Of a DNA stretch of 64,000 nt, positions 33,732 through 41,786 are shown one piece after another. Within the stretch, counting starts at the first letter, position 1. The number at the start of each line of letters is the position of its first letter. Both the position numbers and the translations under genes were made by a program. Source of the DNA: Hyphomicrobiales bacterium (GTDB taxonomy: Bacteria; Pseudomonadota; Alphaproteobacteria; Rhizobiales; Xanthobacteraceae); assembly GCA_009377695.1 (NCBI GenBank), contig WHTP01000002.1, positions 37,473-101,472 of the forward strand, read 5' to 3'. A model generated the notes under the pieces. The model searched no databases, was not told the DNA's origin, and saw only the letters and a program-made list of their open reading frames with translations.

Positions 33732-34478
33732 TCACCCTGCCTGTACGAGGTTTTCGGGCTCGGCCTTCGTGCGCGGGAGCGCAGCGAGGACGTCTGCCGG
33801 CGGTTTGAAGAAGCCGAGTTGGCCGCGGCACGGAATGAGGCCGGTCGGACACATGCGCACGCGCTCGATCACCAGGTGATTGCACCCCAAACACGCCCAC
33901 TTCGATGGGTGATTGGTGACAATGTCCACGACGCGCGCCGCGCCGAGGATGCCACCGCGCTCGAGTTTGCCGAACGGCGGGATGCGGTCGATCATGCCCT
34001 TTGGAACGTCAGGCGAGTACGTGCACAACTTCAGGAGCTCGTCGTAGTCGTGACGATCTTCCTTCGTCTTGCTCGCCGAGACGTGGATTAGGAAGTCGCC
34101 GCGGAAGCCGAGGTTCGGGTTGGTGTCCTTCCAGTCTCGGTTCTCGATGTCCTTGCCGAGATTGAAGATCGCCCACGCCCACGGCTGCCGGATCGACAGA
34201 GCGTACACGCCCTTCCATTTGTTCTCTTTCGGCTTGAGGACGTCCTCGATGCGTTTCTCTCCGTTGATGACGTCGAGCGCGGCGCGCAGGTCTACGACGG
34301 GCTGGCCGTCGACCGCCCATGTGACGGTGGTGGTGCGTTCCTTTTTGTTTGTGTACTTGGAGACCGTCAGGCGCGGCTCGCCTTCCACGCCGTGGCTGAT
34401 GAGCGAGAAGCCCTGCCCACGCATGTGCATGTAGTCGGTTGCCTTACGGTCCCTCAAATCCTCGACCTTGAGAATCAT
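33732..34478 (-). CDS. ASCH-domain protein with an extra N-terminal domain
   Basis: ALSIRQPWAWAIFNLGKDIENRDW...FLIHVSAS... is the typical ASCH core. Confidence 0.7.
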   Translation of the reverse strand: MILKVEDLRDRKATDYMHMRGQGFSLISHGVEGEPRLTVSKYTNKKERTTTVTWAVDGQPVVDLRAALDVINGEKRIEDVLKPKENKWKGVYALSIRQPWAWAIFNLGKDIENRDWKDTNPNLGFRGDFLIHVSASKTKEDRHDYDELLKLCTYSPDVPKGMIDRIPPFGKLERGGILGAARVVDIVTNHPSKWACLGCNHLVIERVRMCPTGLIPCRGQLGFFKPPADVLAALPRTKAEPENLVQAG

Positions 34479-34882
34479 CGCTGCCCCCGCTGTTGAGCGA
34501 ACGACCGGCTCGGGATCTTGCGCTTCGGCCGCTGCTTCTCATGGCGGCCGATGTCGCCGCGGAGCTTCGTGAGTAGCCGGCGCCGGAATTCCTCTTGGTC
34601 GGCGCGGATCCGGTCGCCCTTCGCGATTTGCGGCTGGTCGACCTTCGCCGTCTTTTCCCGGTGCTCTTGCCGGAATCGCGGCTCGCCGTTGGTCGGGTGC
34701 GTGGTGCCGCCATCCACGTACCGGATGGGGTAGTGGTCCCATTCGATCAGCGAGTTGATTTGCTCGGCCGACATCGCCTTGGCGTGCTCGTAGGGAATGC
34801 CCTGACCGATCGCGTGCAGCCACTTGAGCGTCATCGCGGCGAGCTTTTCGGTCAGGTTGAAGTCGCGACGCGGCTTGGTCAC
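34475..34882 (-). CDS. Hypothetical protein with a degenerate HNH-like motif
   Basis: GTG 34882 overlaps the upstream stop (GTGA). WDHYPIRYVDGGTTHPTNGEPRFRQEHREKTAKVDQPQIAKGDR resembles the HNH pattern DH.P...GG...N...H..KT..D (weak). Confidence 0.45.
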   Translation of the reverse strand: MTKPRRDFNLTEKLAAMTLKWLHAIGQGIPYEHAKAMSAEQINSLIEWDHYPIRYVDGGTTHPTNGEPRFRQEHREKTAKVDQPQIAKGDRIRADQEEFRRRLLTKLRGDIGRHEKQRPKRKIPSRSFAQQRGQR

Positions 34883-35268
34883 TTCGACATCCTGTCCTTC
34901 GCGATGCCGGCAGCCGTCATGAGGCTCTGGGCGCCCGTCTTGCTGTCCTGGGCGAAGATCTCCACGTCGACCACGCCAAGCACCAACGCCATTGCCGACG
35001 AGCAACCCATTCCAAAGAGGCGCGTCACCTCCTGTGGCGAACGCCCCACAATGAACGGACCGACAGCGTTGGCCATGTAGTTCGCTAGGGCCTGCGCGAC
35101 GTCGGTGCCGTCGGTGCCGCGATCACGCTCATCGTCCAGCCAGTCGCCCACAGGCGCTGGGTCGAGCTTGAGCATGAGGCGGCCGAAGGCACCTTCTGCG
35201 CCTGGCTGCGCCGCAGCGCGTTCAATGTCGCCTTGGCGTTCGGCCAGGAAATCGTCGCGGATGCTCAT
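34879..35268 (-). CDS. Hypothetical phage protein
   Basis: Track ORF, coupled to its neighbours. Confidence 0.55.
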   Translation of the reverse strand: MSIRDDFLAERQGDIERAAAQPGAEGAFGRLMLKLDPAPVGDWLDDERDRGTDGTDVAQALANYMANAVGPFIVGRSPQEVTRLFGMGCSSAMALVLGVVDVEIFAQDSKTGAQSLMTAAGIAKDRMSK

Positions 35269-35858
35269 GCCTTCTCCTTCTCGGTCTCGGTATCTTGCTC
35301 CGGTGCGATCGGCGGCGACGCGATGCGCTGGAACCCGACCTCCCGCGCGAACGTGTCCAGGTTCTCGGGCTCCACGCCGATGACGTGGCGCGCGATGAAA
35401 TCGAAGATCGCTTCCTTGCTCTGCTGGAAGCGGCGCGCGCCCATCGCCTTCATCTTCTGGCTTTCGGCCCGGAAGGTGGTGACGACCGTGTCGCTGATGG
35501 AAACGAGGACGTACTCATCGACTTGCTCGCGCATGAATGCGCACCAGCGCAGCGCTTCCGCATGGGAGTCGCAGACCACTTGTGATGTTGTGCAGAAACC
35601 GCGCCGGATCAGCGCGTACTTGCGCAGGCTGTCCGGCGACACCGCCCACGGCTCGCGCCCGGCCCACTCTGGCAGGTTCAGCCAAGCCTTGTTCACCCAG
35701 GCGAACTGGTGCCTGTGCGTCTTGCTCGATCGCTGCTTGTCCTCGACAAGCAGATAGGTTTCCCCGACCGCGAACCGATTGGCCGCCTCCTGCGCGCAGC
35801 GCGGGAGAGGCCTCATCGCCTCGCCGGTCCATCGGAACGCGATCGGGAAGTAGTCCAT
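35265..35858 (-). CDS. Hypothetical phage protein
   Basis: ATG 35858 (MDYFPIAFRW...) lies just after the stop of the exonuclease gene. Confidence 0.6.
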   Translation of the reverse strand: MDYFPIAFRWTGEAMRPLPRCAQEAANRFAVGETYLLVEDKQRSSKTHRHQFAWVNKAWLNLPEWAGREPWAVSPDSLRKYALIRRGFCTTSQVVCDSHAEALRWCAFMREQVDEYVLVSISDTVVTTFRAESQKMKAMGARRFQQSKEAIFDFIARHVIGVEPENLDTFAREVGFQRIASPPIAPEQDTETEKEKA

Positions 35859-35860
35859 GA

Positions 35861-36478
35861 TTAGGCGGCCTGACGTTGGCGCAGCCACGCGACCAATTCG
35901 TCGAGATCGTCGTTGAACTGGCGGATCGCTGCGTTGATCTTCGCGATGTAGGCTTCATCGCGATACGTGCGCTTCACGTACCGCGGCATCTTCGGCCAGT
36001 AGAGGACGCAATCGGTCCATTCCCGCTCCGAGACGAGAAGCTGGCCCTGGCATTGCGCCATGTGCTCGGGCGGGAAGTTGTCGAGCTTCATCCGCTGGAT
36101 CAGGATGTGTGGAGAGCACGACTTGAACTCGACGAGGCCATCGTTGCCGATGAGCCCATCCGGGGAAGCGCCCTTGCGGCCGTTCTTGAGAAACCCGACA
36201 CACTGCACCGTCAGGTCGTTCTCGAACTCATAGGCGGCGCGGATTTCGGCTTCCATCGCCTTACCGCGTTCCATGTCCGGATTGGTGTAGGCTTCGGCGA
36301 TCTCGCCGGTGATGATCTCGCCGGCGAGCTTGTACATGTAGGTGCGCCGGCCGACGGACTCGCCGCCGCCTTTGCCTTGCGCGATCACGCAAGCGAACTC
36401 CGACGCGGTCGGGATACCCAGCCGCGCCGCGAACCATTCGGGCGTTCCTTGTTCACACTCGATAACTTCCACGGGCAC
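35861..36478 (-). CDS. YqaJ-like (lambda Exo-type) recombination exonuclease
   Basis: QGTPEWFAARLGIPTASEF...ASPDGLI...GLVEFKSC...QCQGQL motifs. Confidence 0.85.
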   Translation of the reverse strand: MPVEVIECEQGTPEWFAARLGIPTASEFACVIAQGKGGGESVGRRTYMYKLAGEIITGEIAEAYTNPDMERGKAMEAEIRAAYEFENDLTVQCVGFLKNGRKGASPDGLIGNDGLVEFKSCSPHILIQRMKLDNFPPEHMAQCQGQLLVSEREWTDCVLYWPKMPRYVKRTYRDEAYIAKINAAIRQFNDDLDELVAWLRQRQAA

Positions 36479-36488
36479 GTGAGCCTCC

Positions 36489-37532
36489 TCAGTAGGTGAT
36501 GGTGACGTTGGGGACTTGCTTGAGCGCGATGGCGACGACTGCCGCCTTTGCTGCGTCCTCAGAGAGGCCGCCGTGCTTCACCAGCGCGGCGACGGCCGCG
36601 TTGTTGATCTTCTTCTTGTGCGCCTTGTTCTCCTCGCGCTTGCGGGCGGCCTCGGCTTCGGCCGCTTGGGCGTCTGCAATGCGCTGCCGCTCGGTTTCAG
36701 CTGCACGCTCCGCTCGTTCGTTGGCGAGACGGGTTGCCTCCTCGGCCGCGGCTGCACGGGCATCAGCATCCCTCTGCGCCTGGGCAAGTTGCTCGCGCTC
36801 GCGGGCTGCGGCTACCTCGGCCTCTCGGGTGGCGCGCTCGGCGGCTTCGGCGGCGACTCGCGCGTCATGCTGGCGTTGCGCCTCGGCTTCGGCCGCCTCG
36901 TCGGCGAGCCGTTGCCGCTCGGCCTGCTCGGCCCGTAGCTGGGCAAGCTCGGCCTTTTCGGCGTCGCGCCGCACCGTCGTGTCGCGTAGGGCGGTCAGCG
37001 TGATGCGGGCGCGCTCCTTCAATTGGGCCGCGCGCTCGGCGAAGTCCTCGTCCCAGGCAAGCTCGTAAATACCCTGCAAAGCGAGAATTGCCGCGTCGAT
37101 CTCGTCAAGGCTTGGTTCGGGTCCATCGAATTGGGCGATCTTGCTCAAGGCATCGAGCGCGGCAACGTGCCGGTCGATGCGCTCCTGCTCGGCGGCCTCC
37201 CAATCGTCGACCGGCTTGCGGACGTCATCCCGTAGCTTGTCGAGCGTATCGCGGAGCGTCTTGCGGTCGGCGTCGATCACGCCCGCCTTCCGCTTCAATT
37301 CGGCGACGTGCTCCTTACCCAGGTCGTCGAGGCCGGTCTTGGTGCGCGCGATCTTGTAGGCTAGCGACTTGATGGCCTCGCGGCCTTCCTTCGTCGCTGG
37401 GTCGAACGTGTTGAGCGCCGTCACGCGCTCCTTCACGTTGATCAGCACCTTGTCGACGCCGCCGGGCGCGAACAGGTCCTCGGCTTTGATGGTATCGAGC
37501 GTGATGAGTTCGCTTGCGGTCGGCGCGTTCAT
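36489..37532 (-). CDS. Coiled-coil phage protein between the exonuclease and the annealase
   Basis: 347 aa with a long A/E/R-rich coiled-coil centre. Function unknown. Confidence 0.6.
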   Translation of the reverse strand: MNAPTASELITLDTIKAEDLFAPGGVDKVLINVKERVTALNTFDPATKEGREAIKSLAYKIARTKTGLDDLGKEHVAELKRKAGVIDADRKTLRDTLDKLRDDVRKPVDDWEAAEQERIDRHVAALDALSKIAQFDGPEPSLDEIDAAILALQGIYELAWDEDFAERAAQLKERARITLTALRDTTVRRDAEKAELAQLRAEQAERQRLADEAAEAEAQRQHDARVAAEAAERATREAEVAAAREREQLAQAQRDADARAAAAEEATRLANERAERAAETERQRIADAQAAEAEAARKREENKAHKKKINNAAVAALVKHGGLSEDAAKAAVVAIALKQVPNVTITY

Positions 37533-38407
37533 ACGAGCCTCCCTTGATCTCCGGTCTTCTTGGCGGCCTCGGCCTTCGCCTTAACCTTGGCGTTTCGGCT
37601 CTCAAGAGTTCTTTTCGCCTCGTCGAAGTCCTTCGTGCGGATGTCGCTGACGCTCTCGGCCTTAAACATGGCGAGGAACGCGGCCATGTTCGGCGGCGTG
37701 TCAGTGGCCTTAACGAGATCCATGATCTCGTCGTACTGCTCCATGGACAGCCGATCTTGCTCGGCTGTTCCCGAACTCGCGCCGTCGTCATCCTCAGCTG
37801 CGGCAAGACCCAGCGAGGCCTTGAGCGTGTAGCGTTGCAGGTACGTCACCGCGGAGCCGATGGCCTGGATCGGGTTTTTGTTTCCGCTGGCGTCGTGCGG
37901 CGCGGTCATCGTCACATCCTCGGTATGCCCGAGGCGGTGGGCGATGATGCACGTGACCGTGATGGGCTGGCCGGGCTTGGCGTCCGTCTTGAAGCGGTAG
38001 GACAAGCCATGCTCGCTCAGGATCGGATCGACCGTTCGGGCGATTTCGCCCATGTCCTCGTGATCGTAAGACGTGTCCGCCTTGTTTGGGTCTTTCGACT
38101 TGAAACCAACGTGGCGGTTCTTCCTGATGACGGGAATTTTCGACTTAGCGGCGGCCATCGCATCGTCGTAGGCTTTGCGCGCCTCGTTCTTTTCCCACCG
38201 CTCTTGGAGGTCCATCAACTTCGCAATGGTTTCGAGACTGCCGCCACTCTCGACAGCGTGCTGCAGCATCATCATTGGCGTCGGCTGCGGCGCTGGCGCA
38301 ACCTCACGCGACTGGCGTTGCGAGCGTGTGGCAACGGGCTTGCGCGGCGCGTCAACAACTTCGCCTTCCAGAACTTCGGCGCCTTCTGTTTCTTTGGTCT
38401 TGGTCAC
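37529..38407 (-). CDS. erf: ERF-family single-strand annealing protein
   Basis: ...NPIQAIGSAVTYLQRYTLKASLGLAAAEDDDG... is the typical ERF core. Confidence 0.8.
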   Translation of the reverse strand: MTKTKETEGAEVLEGEVVDAPRKPVATRSQRQSREVAPAPQPTPMMMLQHAVESGGSLETIAKLMDLQERWEKNEARKAYDDAMAAAKSKIPVIRKNRHVGFKSKDPNKADTSYDHEDMGEIARTVDPILSEHGLSYRFKTDAKPGQPITVTCIIAHRLGHTEDVTMTAPHDASGNKNPIQAIGSAVTYLQRYTLKASLGLAAAEDDDGASSGTAEQDRLSMEQYDEIMDLVKATDTPPNMAAFLAMFKAESVSDIRTKDFDEAKRTLESRNAKVKAKAEAAKKTGDQGRLV

Positions 38408-38424
38408 GTGCTCGCTCCTCTACG

Positions 38425-38814
38425 TCAAACCGGCAGAGAGACACGACGCGCGACGTCTGCGACGATGCGTCGGTCTGCGTTGTGCGCGATGGCGACGTAG
38501 CTCTGCGCGAGCTCCATCGCGTAAGGCAGCGAGAAGAACTGCCCGATGATGTCGGCACCGTCGGCACCCTTGGTCGGGCCGGCGCCGGGTGCGCCTTCAA
38601 AGAAGAACGCGACCGGCACTTGCAGAATGCCCGCGATCTGCTGCAGGCGAGACGCGCCGATGCGGTTCACGCCCTTCTCGTACTTCTGCACCTGCTGGAA
38701 GGTCAGGCCGAGCCCGTAGCCGAGCTTCTCCTGACTGACTCCGAGCATCATGCGACGCATCCGCACGCGCGAGCCGACGTGCTGGTCGACGGGGTTAGGT
38801 GTCTTCGTTCCCAT
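38425..38814 (-). CDS. XRE-family HTH transcriptional regulator
   Basis: VGSRVRMRRMMLGVSQEKLGYGLGLTFQQVQKYEKGVNRIGASRLQQIA. Confidence 0.85.
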   Translation of the reverse strand: MGTKTPNPVDQHVGSRVRMRRMMLGVSQEKLGYGLGLTFQQVQKYEKGVNRIGASRLQQIAGILQVPVAFFFEGAPGAGPTKGADGADIIGQFFSLPYAMELAQSYVAIAHNADRRIVADVARRVSLPV

Positions 38815-38816
38815 GG

Positions 38817-39284
38817 TCAGACTTGCTCCTGTTGACGATTGTCGGCACCGAACTGCTGCGCGATGTGCGCGAGGCCCTCGTCGAGGTCGATGACGCCCTC
38901 GCGGTTGCGCGGTTCGTCGCGCGGTGTTTCAGCCCGCTCGCGCTCGCTCGCGCGCGCGTGTTCGTCCGCCTCCATCAGCATTTTGAGCGCGTATCTGTTG
39001 GCCGCTACGGCGTGCGCGCGATCGCGCTCGGCGTCGACGAACGCCGCGCGGTAGAACTCCGCGTCATGGACGAGCCGCGTCTTCTCGTGGTGCCAGTCAG
39101 CCGCATCAAGGCGGTGCTGCCTCTCAAGCTGTTCGATGAGGGCGTCCCGCTCTTGGAGCATTTGCACGACATGGTCGTAGTCGCGCTGCAGGCCGGTGAT
39201 CCTGGCAACCGCGCGCGCGGTCTCGACGTCGTCGGGTACGGTGGGAGGCGTGTCGACGGGCTGCTTCCATTGTAGCATTCTCAC
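38817..39284 (-). CDS. Hypothetical phage protein
   Basis: AAGGAG lies upstream of GTG 39284. Confidence 0.55.
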   Translation of the reverse strand: MRMLQWKQPVDTPPTVPDDVETARAVARITGLQRDYDHVVQMLQERDALIEQLERQHRLDAADWHHEKTRLVHDAEFYRAAFVDAERDRAHAVAANRYALKMLMEADEHARASERERAETPRDEPRNREGVIDLDEGLAHIAQQFGADNRQQEQV

Positions 39285-39299
39285 GTGTGTCTCCTTCGG

Positions 39300-39434
39300 T
39301 TAGCCCAAGAGGGCGGTGACGACGCGGTAGACGATGAAGCCGGCGACGTACCAAAGCCCGAGCGAGATCAGACCCAGTTCGAGCCAAGTCATCGGCCGGC
39401 GCAGGATGTTCATCGGCCGGCGCAGGATGTTCAT
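39300..39434 (-). CDS. Tiny membrane peptide whose start is tandemly duplicated (MNILRRP-MNILRRP-MTWLELGLISLGLWYVAGFIVYRVVTALLG)
   Basis: In-frame ATGs at 39434, 39413 and 39392. ATGA overlap with the upstream gene. Confidence 0.45.
   Translation of the reverse strand: MNILRRPMNILRRPMTWLELGLISLGLWYVAGFIVYRVVTALLG
39390..39434. repeat. 21-bp tandem duplication (CATCGGCCGGCGCAGGATGTT x2, plus CAT)
   Basis: Read directly. Confidence 0.9.
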
Positions 39435-39541
39435 GGCGTAAGCACCGCGATGAGACGCGGGCCGACTTGGTCCCACGCGATGATGAGTGCGAACGCGATG
39501 GCGATCGCGACGAGATCGGCGGCGACGGAGGAGGCGATCAT
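39431..39541 (-). CDS. Tiny membrane peptide (36 aa)
   Basis: MIASSVAADLVAIAIAFALIIAWDQVGPRLIAVLTP. ATGA overlaps at both ends. Confidence 0.4.
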   Translation of the reverse strand: MIASSVAADLVAIAIAFALIIAWDQVGPRLIAVLTP

Positions 39542-39801
39542 TCGGCGTGGCTCTCCCCACGCACGAATTGCTTTCCGTCGTTCGGCGGAAAGGTCACGCC
39601 CTGGCCGTACTTCCACTCGAAGCAGCAGCAGTCGCCGCCGTCGGTGATGATCACGCGCCGGATGATGCCGATCAGCGCTGCGGGGCGCGTTGTGTAGCTC
39701 TTGGCTGTCTCAACGGCCGTCTTGCCATCGACGAGCTGCGCGACGCACTCGTAGTCGCCGTTCGGGAAAAACTGGAACACGGAGAACTCGCCTGCGGCCA
39801 T
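39538..39801 (-). CDS. Hypothetical phage protein
   Basis: GGAGGA lies 6 nt before ATG 39801. The track uses GTG 39804. Confidence 0.55.
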   Translation of the reverse strand: MAAGEFSVFQFFPNGDYECVAQLVDGKTAVETAKSYTTRPAALIGIIRRVIITDGGDCCCFEWKYGQGVTFPPNDGKQFVRGESHAE

Positions 39802-39816
39802 CACCCATCCTCCGGT

Positions 39817-39948
39817 TCATCGAGCCGCTCGCGCCCGTACGGGCAGTCCGGGTCGATCGCGTTGATGTTGAGAACGGGCGCGCCGATGGTAGGGAAGCTC
39901 GAGCTCCGAGCCGTCATCGCAGTAGAGGGTGGGTGTCTTGGCTGACAT
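39817..39948 (-). CDS. First small ORF of the leftward early operon (frame uncertain)
   Basis: GCAGGAGA lies 4 nt before ATG 39948 (MSAKTPTLYCDDGSELELP...). Third-position GC favours a second frame for the distal half (...IGAPVLNINAIDPDCPYGRERLDEPEDG, stop 39801-39803). Confidence 0.3.
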   Translation of the reverse strand: MSAKTPTLYCDDGSELELPYHRRARSQHQRDRPGLPVRARAAR

Positions 39949-39976
39949 GATGTCTCCTGCTGGTTGCAGGAGGAAT

Positions 39977-40019
39977 GACTACATTACGTAGCCATACGTG
40001 TCAACTACGTAACGTAGCC
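39977..40019. promoter_or_regulatory. Two 17-bp operator-like inverted repeats: GACTAC-ATTAC-GTAGCC (39977-39993) and AACTAC-GTAAC-GTAGCC (40003-40019)
   Basis: Read directly. Located at the head of the leftward early operon. Confidence 0.65.
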
Positions 40020-40021
40020 AA

Positions 40022-40285
40022 TCAGTCGCGCACGTCCTCCGCGAGTGGACAGCGCGCGATAAGGGGTTGCAGCGTCCGGAGGATTTCGCTCACGCCAGCT
40101 TCGTGGTTGGCCTGCCGCAGGTAGTGCTCGCCGGCCCGCAGATTCCAGCAGGGGTCGTTCGATTCGGTCGCGGTACGGTGCCGTTCGCACTGGGCAAACG
40201 TGAGCGCAACGAAGGTCACGGTGACGAGATAGAGCCCCCAGCGGGTGGCGGTAAGCTTCTGTTTTACTTGAGCGATCTCGCTCAC
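40022..40285 (-). CDS. Small membrane protein co-transcribed with the repressor
   Basis: GTG 40285 overlaps the repressor stop (GTGA). One TM segment (WGLYLVTVTFVALTF), then a Cys-containing domain. Confidence 0.55.
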   Translation of the reverse strand: MSEIAQVKQKLTATRWGLYLVTVTFVALTFAQCERHRTATESNDPCWNLRAGEHYLRQANHEAGVSEILRTLQPLIARCPLAEDVRD

Positions 40286-40938
40286 CGCGGCTTCAGGCTC
40301 TTGACCCGGGCCGCCCATTCCACCTTCACGTTCTCGATAGGGTCGCCGAAGTCGCTGACAAGATTGAATAATCCATGCGCGCGGCTGCGCATGAGCTTCT
40401 TGACCAGGACCTGCCCGTTCTCGAGCCCGACCACGCAGAGCTTGCCGATCAGGTCGGGCGTCACCGGCCGGCGGACGTCATCGTAGAACACCAGCGCGCG
40501 GTCCCAGGTCGGGCCAAGGCTGTTGCCGCGAATCTCAACCGCAACGGTGCGCAGCGTGGCATCGGCGGGGGCGGGGGCCTCGTCGAGATCGCCTTGATTA
40601 ACCGCATAAAAATGGGCCTGAGCGCCGGCGCCAACATACCCTTTCACCCGCACCACTGGCGGCCGCGATTCGTCAGGGGCGTCCGGTTCAAAGGAGGACT
40701 CGTCGTCATGGTCGGGGCGAGGCCCGCGGCCGGTGAGCAGGTATTCCGGGGCGACCTTGAAACGCCGCGCGTAGATCCTCGCCTCGTCGGGCCCGTAGTC
40801 ACGGCCACCGGGATCCTCGGCGCGCTCATGGGCGCCGTAGGTGGACGCAGCCATGTCCAAGGCCCGCGCCGCCTGCCGCGCGGATTTGAAGAACTGTTCG
40901 CGCGCCAGGCGCAGCCGTTGTCCCCGGGTCGTAGTCAT
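40282..40938 (-). CDS. CI-like phage repressor (HTH plus LexA/S24 peptidase domain)
   Basis: N-terminal HTH (RLRLAREQFFKSARQAARALDMAASTYGAHE). C-terminal GNSLGP (Ser) and VKKL (Lys) dyad context. Confidence 0.85.
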   Translation of the reverse strand: MTTTRGQRLRLAREQFFKSARQAARALDMAASTYGAHERAEDPGGRDYGPDEARIYARRFKVAPEYLLTGRGPRPDHDDESSFEPDAPDESRPPVVRVKGYVGAGAQAHFYAVNQGDLDEAPAPADATLRTVAVEIRGNSLGPTWDRALVFYDDVRRPVTPDLIGKLCVVGLENGQVLVKKLMRSRAHGLFNLVSDFGDPIENVKVEWAARVKSLKPR

Positions 40939-40943
40939 GTCGG

Positions 40944-41014
40944 GGTTACGGTAGTGGACAACTGACTACGATGGGTGGTTGACCGCGATGGCTACGCAGT
41001 GTAGTCACGTAGTC
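40944..41014. promoter_or_regulatory. Divergent repressor/cro promoter region with the same operator motif
   Basis: Read directly: GGCTAC-GCAGT-GTAGTC (40990-41006); a weaker copy GACTAC-GATGG-GTGGTT (40965-40981); half-sites CGTAGTC at 40930 and 41008. Confidence 0.6.
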
Positions 41015-41017
41015 ATC

Positions 41018-41308
41018 ATGACCGAAGCAGCAGAACCCCGCACCGCGGCCGATGTGATGGCGAAGTGGCCGACCGACGCCGACTTCGCGCGCGACATCGG
41101 CGTGAAACCCACCCACGCGCAGACGATGAAGGTCCGCGATTCGATCCCGCCTGGATATTGGCCGGCGGTCGTGGTCGCGGCCGCCAAGCGCAATATCCAG
41201 GGCCTCACCCTTGAGGTGCTGGCGAAGATCGCCGCGCTCAAGCTGGGACGCGAGGCACCGCTCGCCCCCGAGGCCGGTCAAACCGACACCGCCAACGCTG
41301 ACAACTGA
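41018..41308 (+). CDS. Cro/YdaS-like small DNA-binding protein
   Basis: Divergent from the repressor. ...VMAKWPTDADFARDIGVKPTHAQTMKVRDSIPPGYW... Confidence 0.55.
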   Translation: MTEAAEPRTAADVMAKWPTDADFARDIGVKPTHAQTMKVRDSIPPGYWPAVVVAAAKRNIQGLTLEVLAKIAALKLGREAPLAPEAGQTDTANADN

Positions 41309-41328
41309 ACCACGAGGGGCGGGCGATG

Positions 41329-41637
41329 CTACGCCGGCAGTCGATTCATTGCGAAAGCCGGCTGCTGCAAGATGAGCCGCGGGCCGAAGGCGTCGATGAT
41401 CATTTCGACCATCGATCCAACCGCGTCGCGTCCCGCGACCATGTTGAGCACCACCTCGCGCTTGCGCTCGATGCGATGCTCGATCCGCGTCACACGCCAC
41501 GCCCAAAACGCAAGGTTGGCCTCGTTGCCGTAGATGTCGACGCGCGCCAAGCCACCAACCGGCATGACCAGCGCCGTCCCGTAGTCGACGTAATCGACTT
41601 GGTTGTCTCGAAAGAGATCTGCCGCATCCGCACGCAT
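41329..41637 (-). CDS. Hypothetical protein oriented against the rightward early operon
   Basis: GAGG lies 8 nt upstream of ATG 41637. High third-position GC. An AT-richer divergent region follows (41640-41786). Confidence 0.55.
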   Translation of the reverse strand: MRADAADLFRDNQVDYVDYGTALVMPVGGLARVDIYGNEANLAFWAWRVTRIEHRIERKREVVLNMVAGRDAVGSMVEMIIDAFGPRLILQQPAFAMNRLPA

Positions 41638-41786
41638 CCCACCGCCTCGTTTCTTGTTTTCTTGGAGGTATCAGCGTGCGCGAAACCAAATGTTGTTTCA
41701 AGCAGGATTCCACATGTCGACAGCGTGACGCAGGACGACGCGTCAATATGGTCAACAACGGTCGTTGATGGCGCGCGGGGCTTGGC

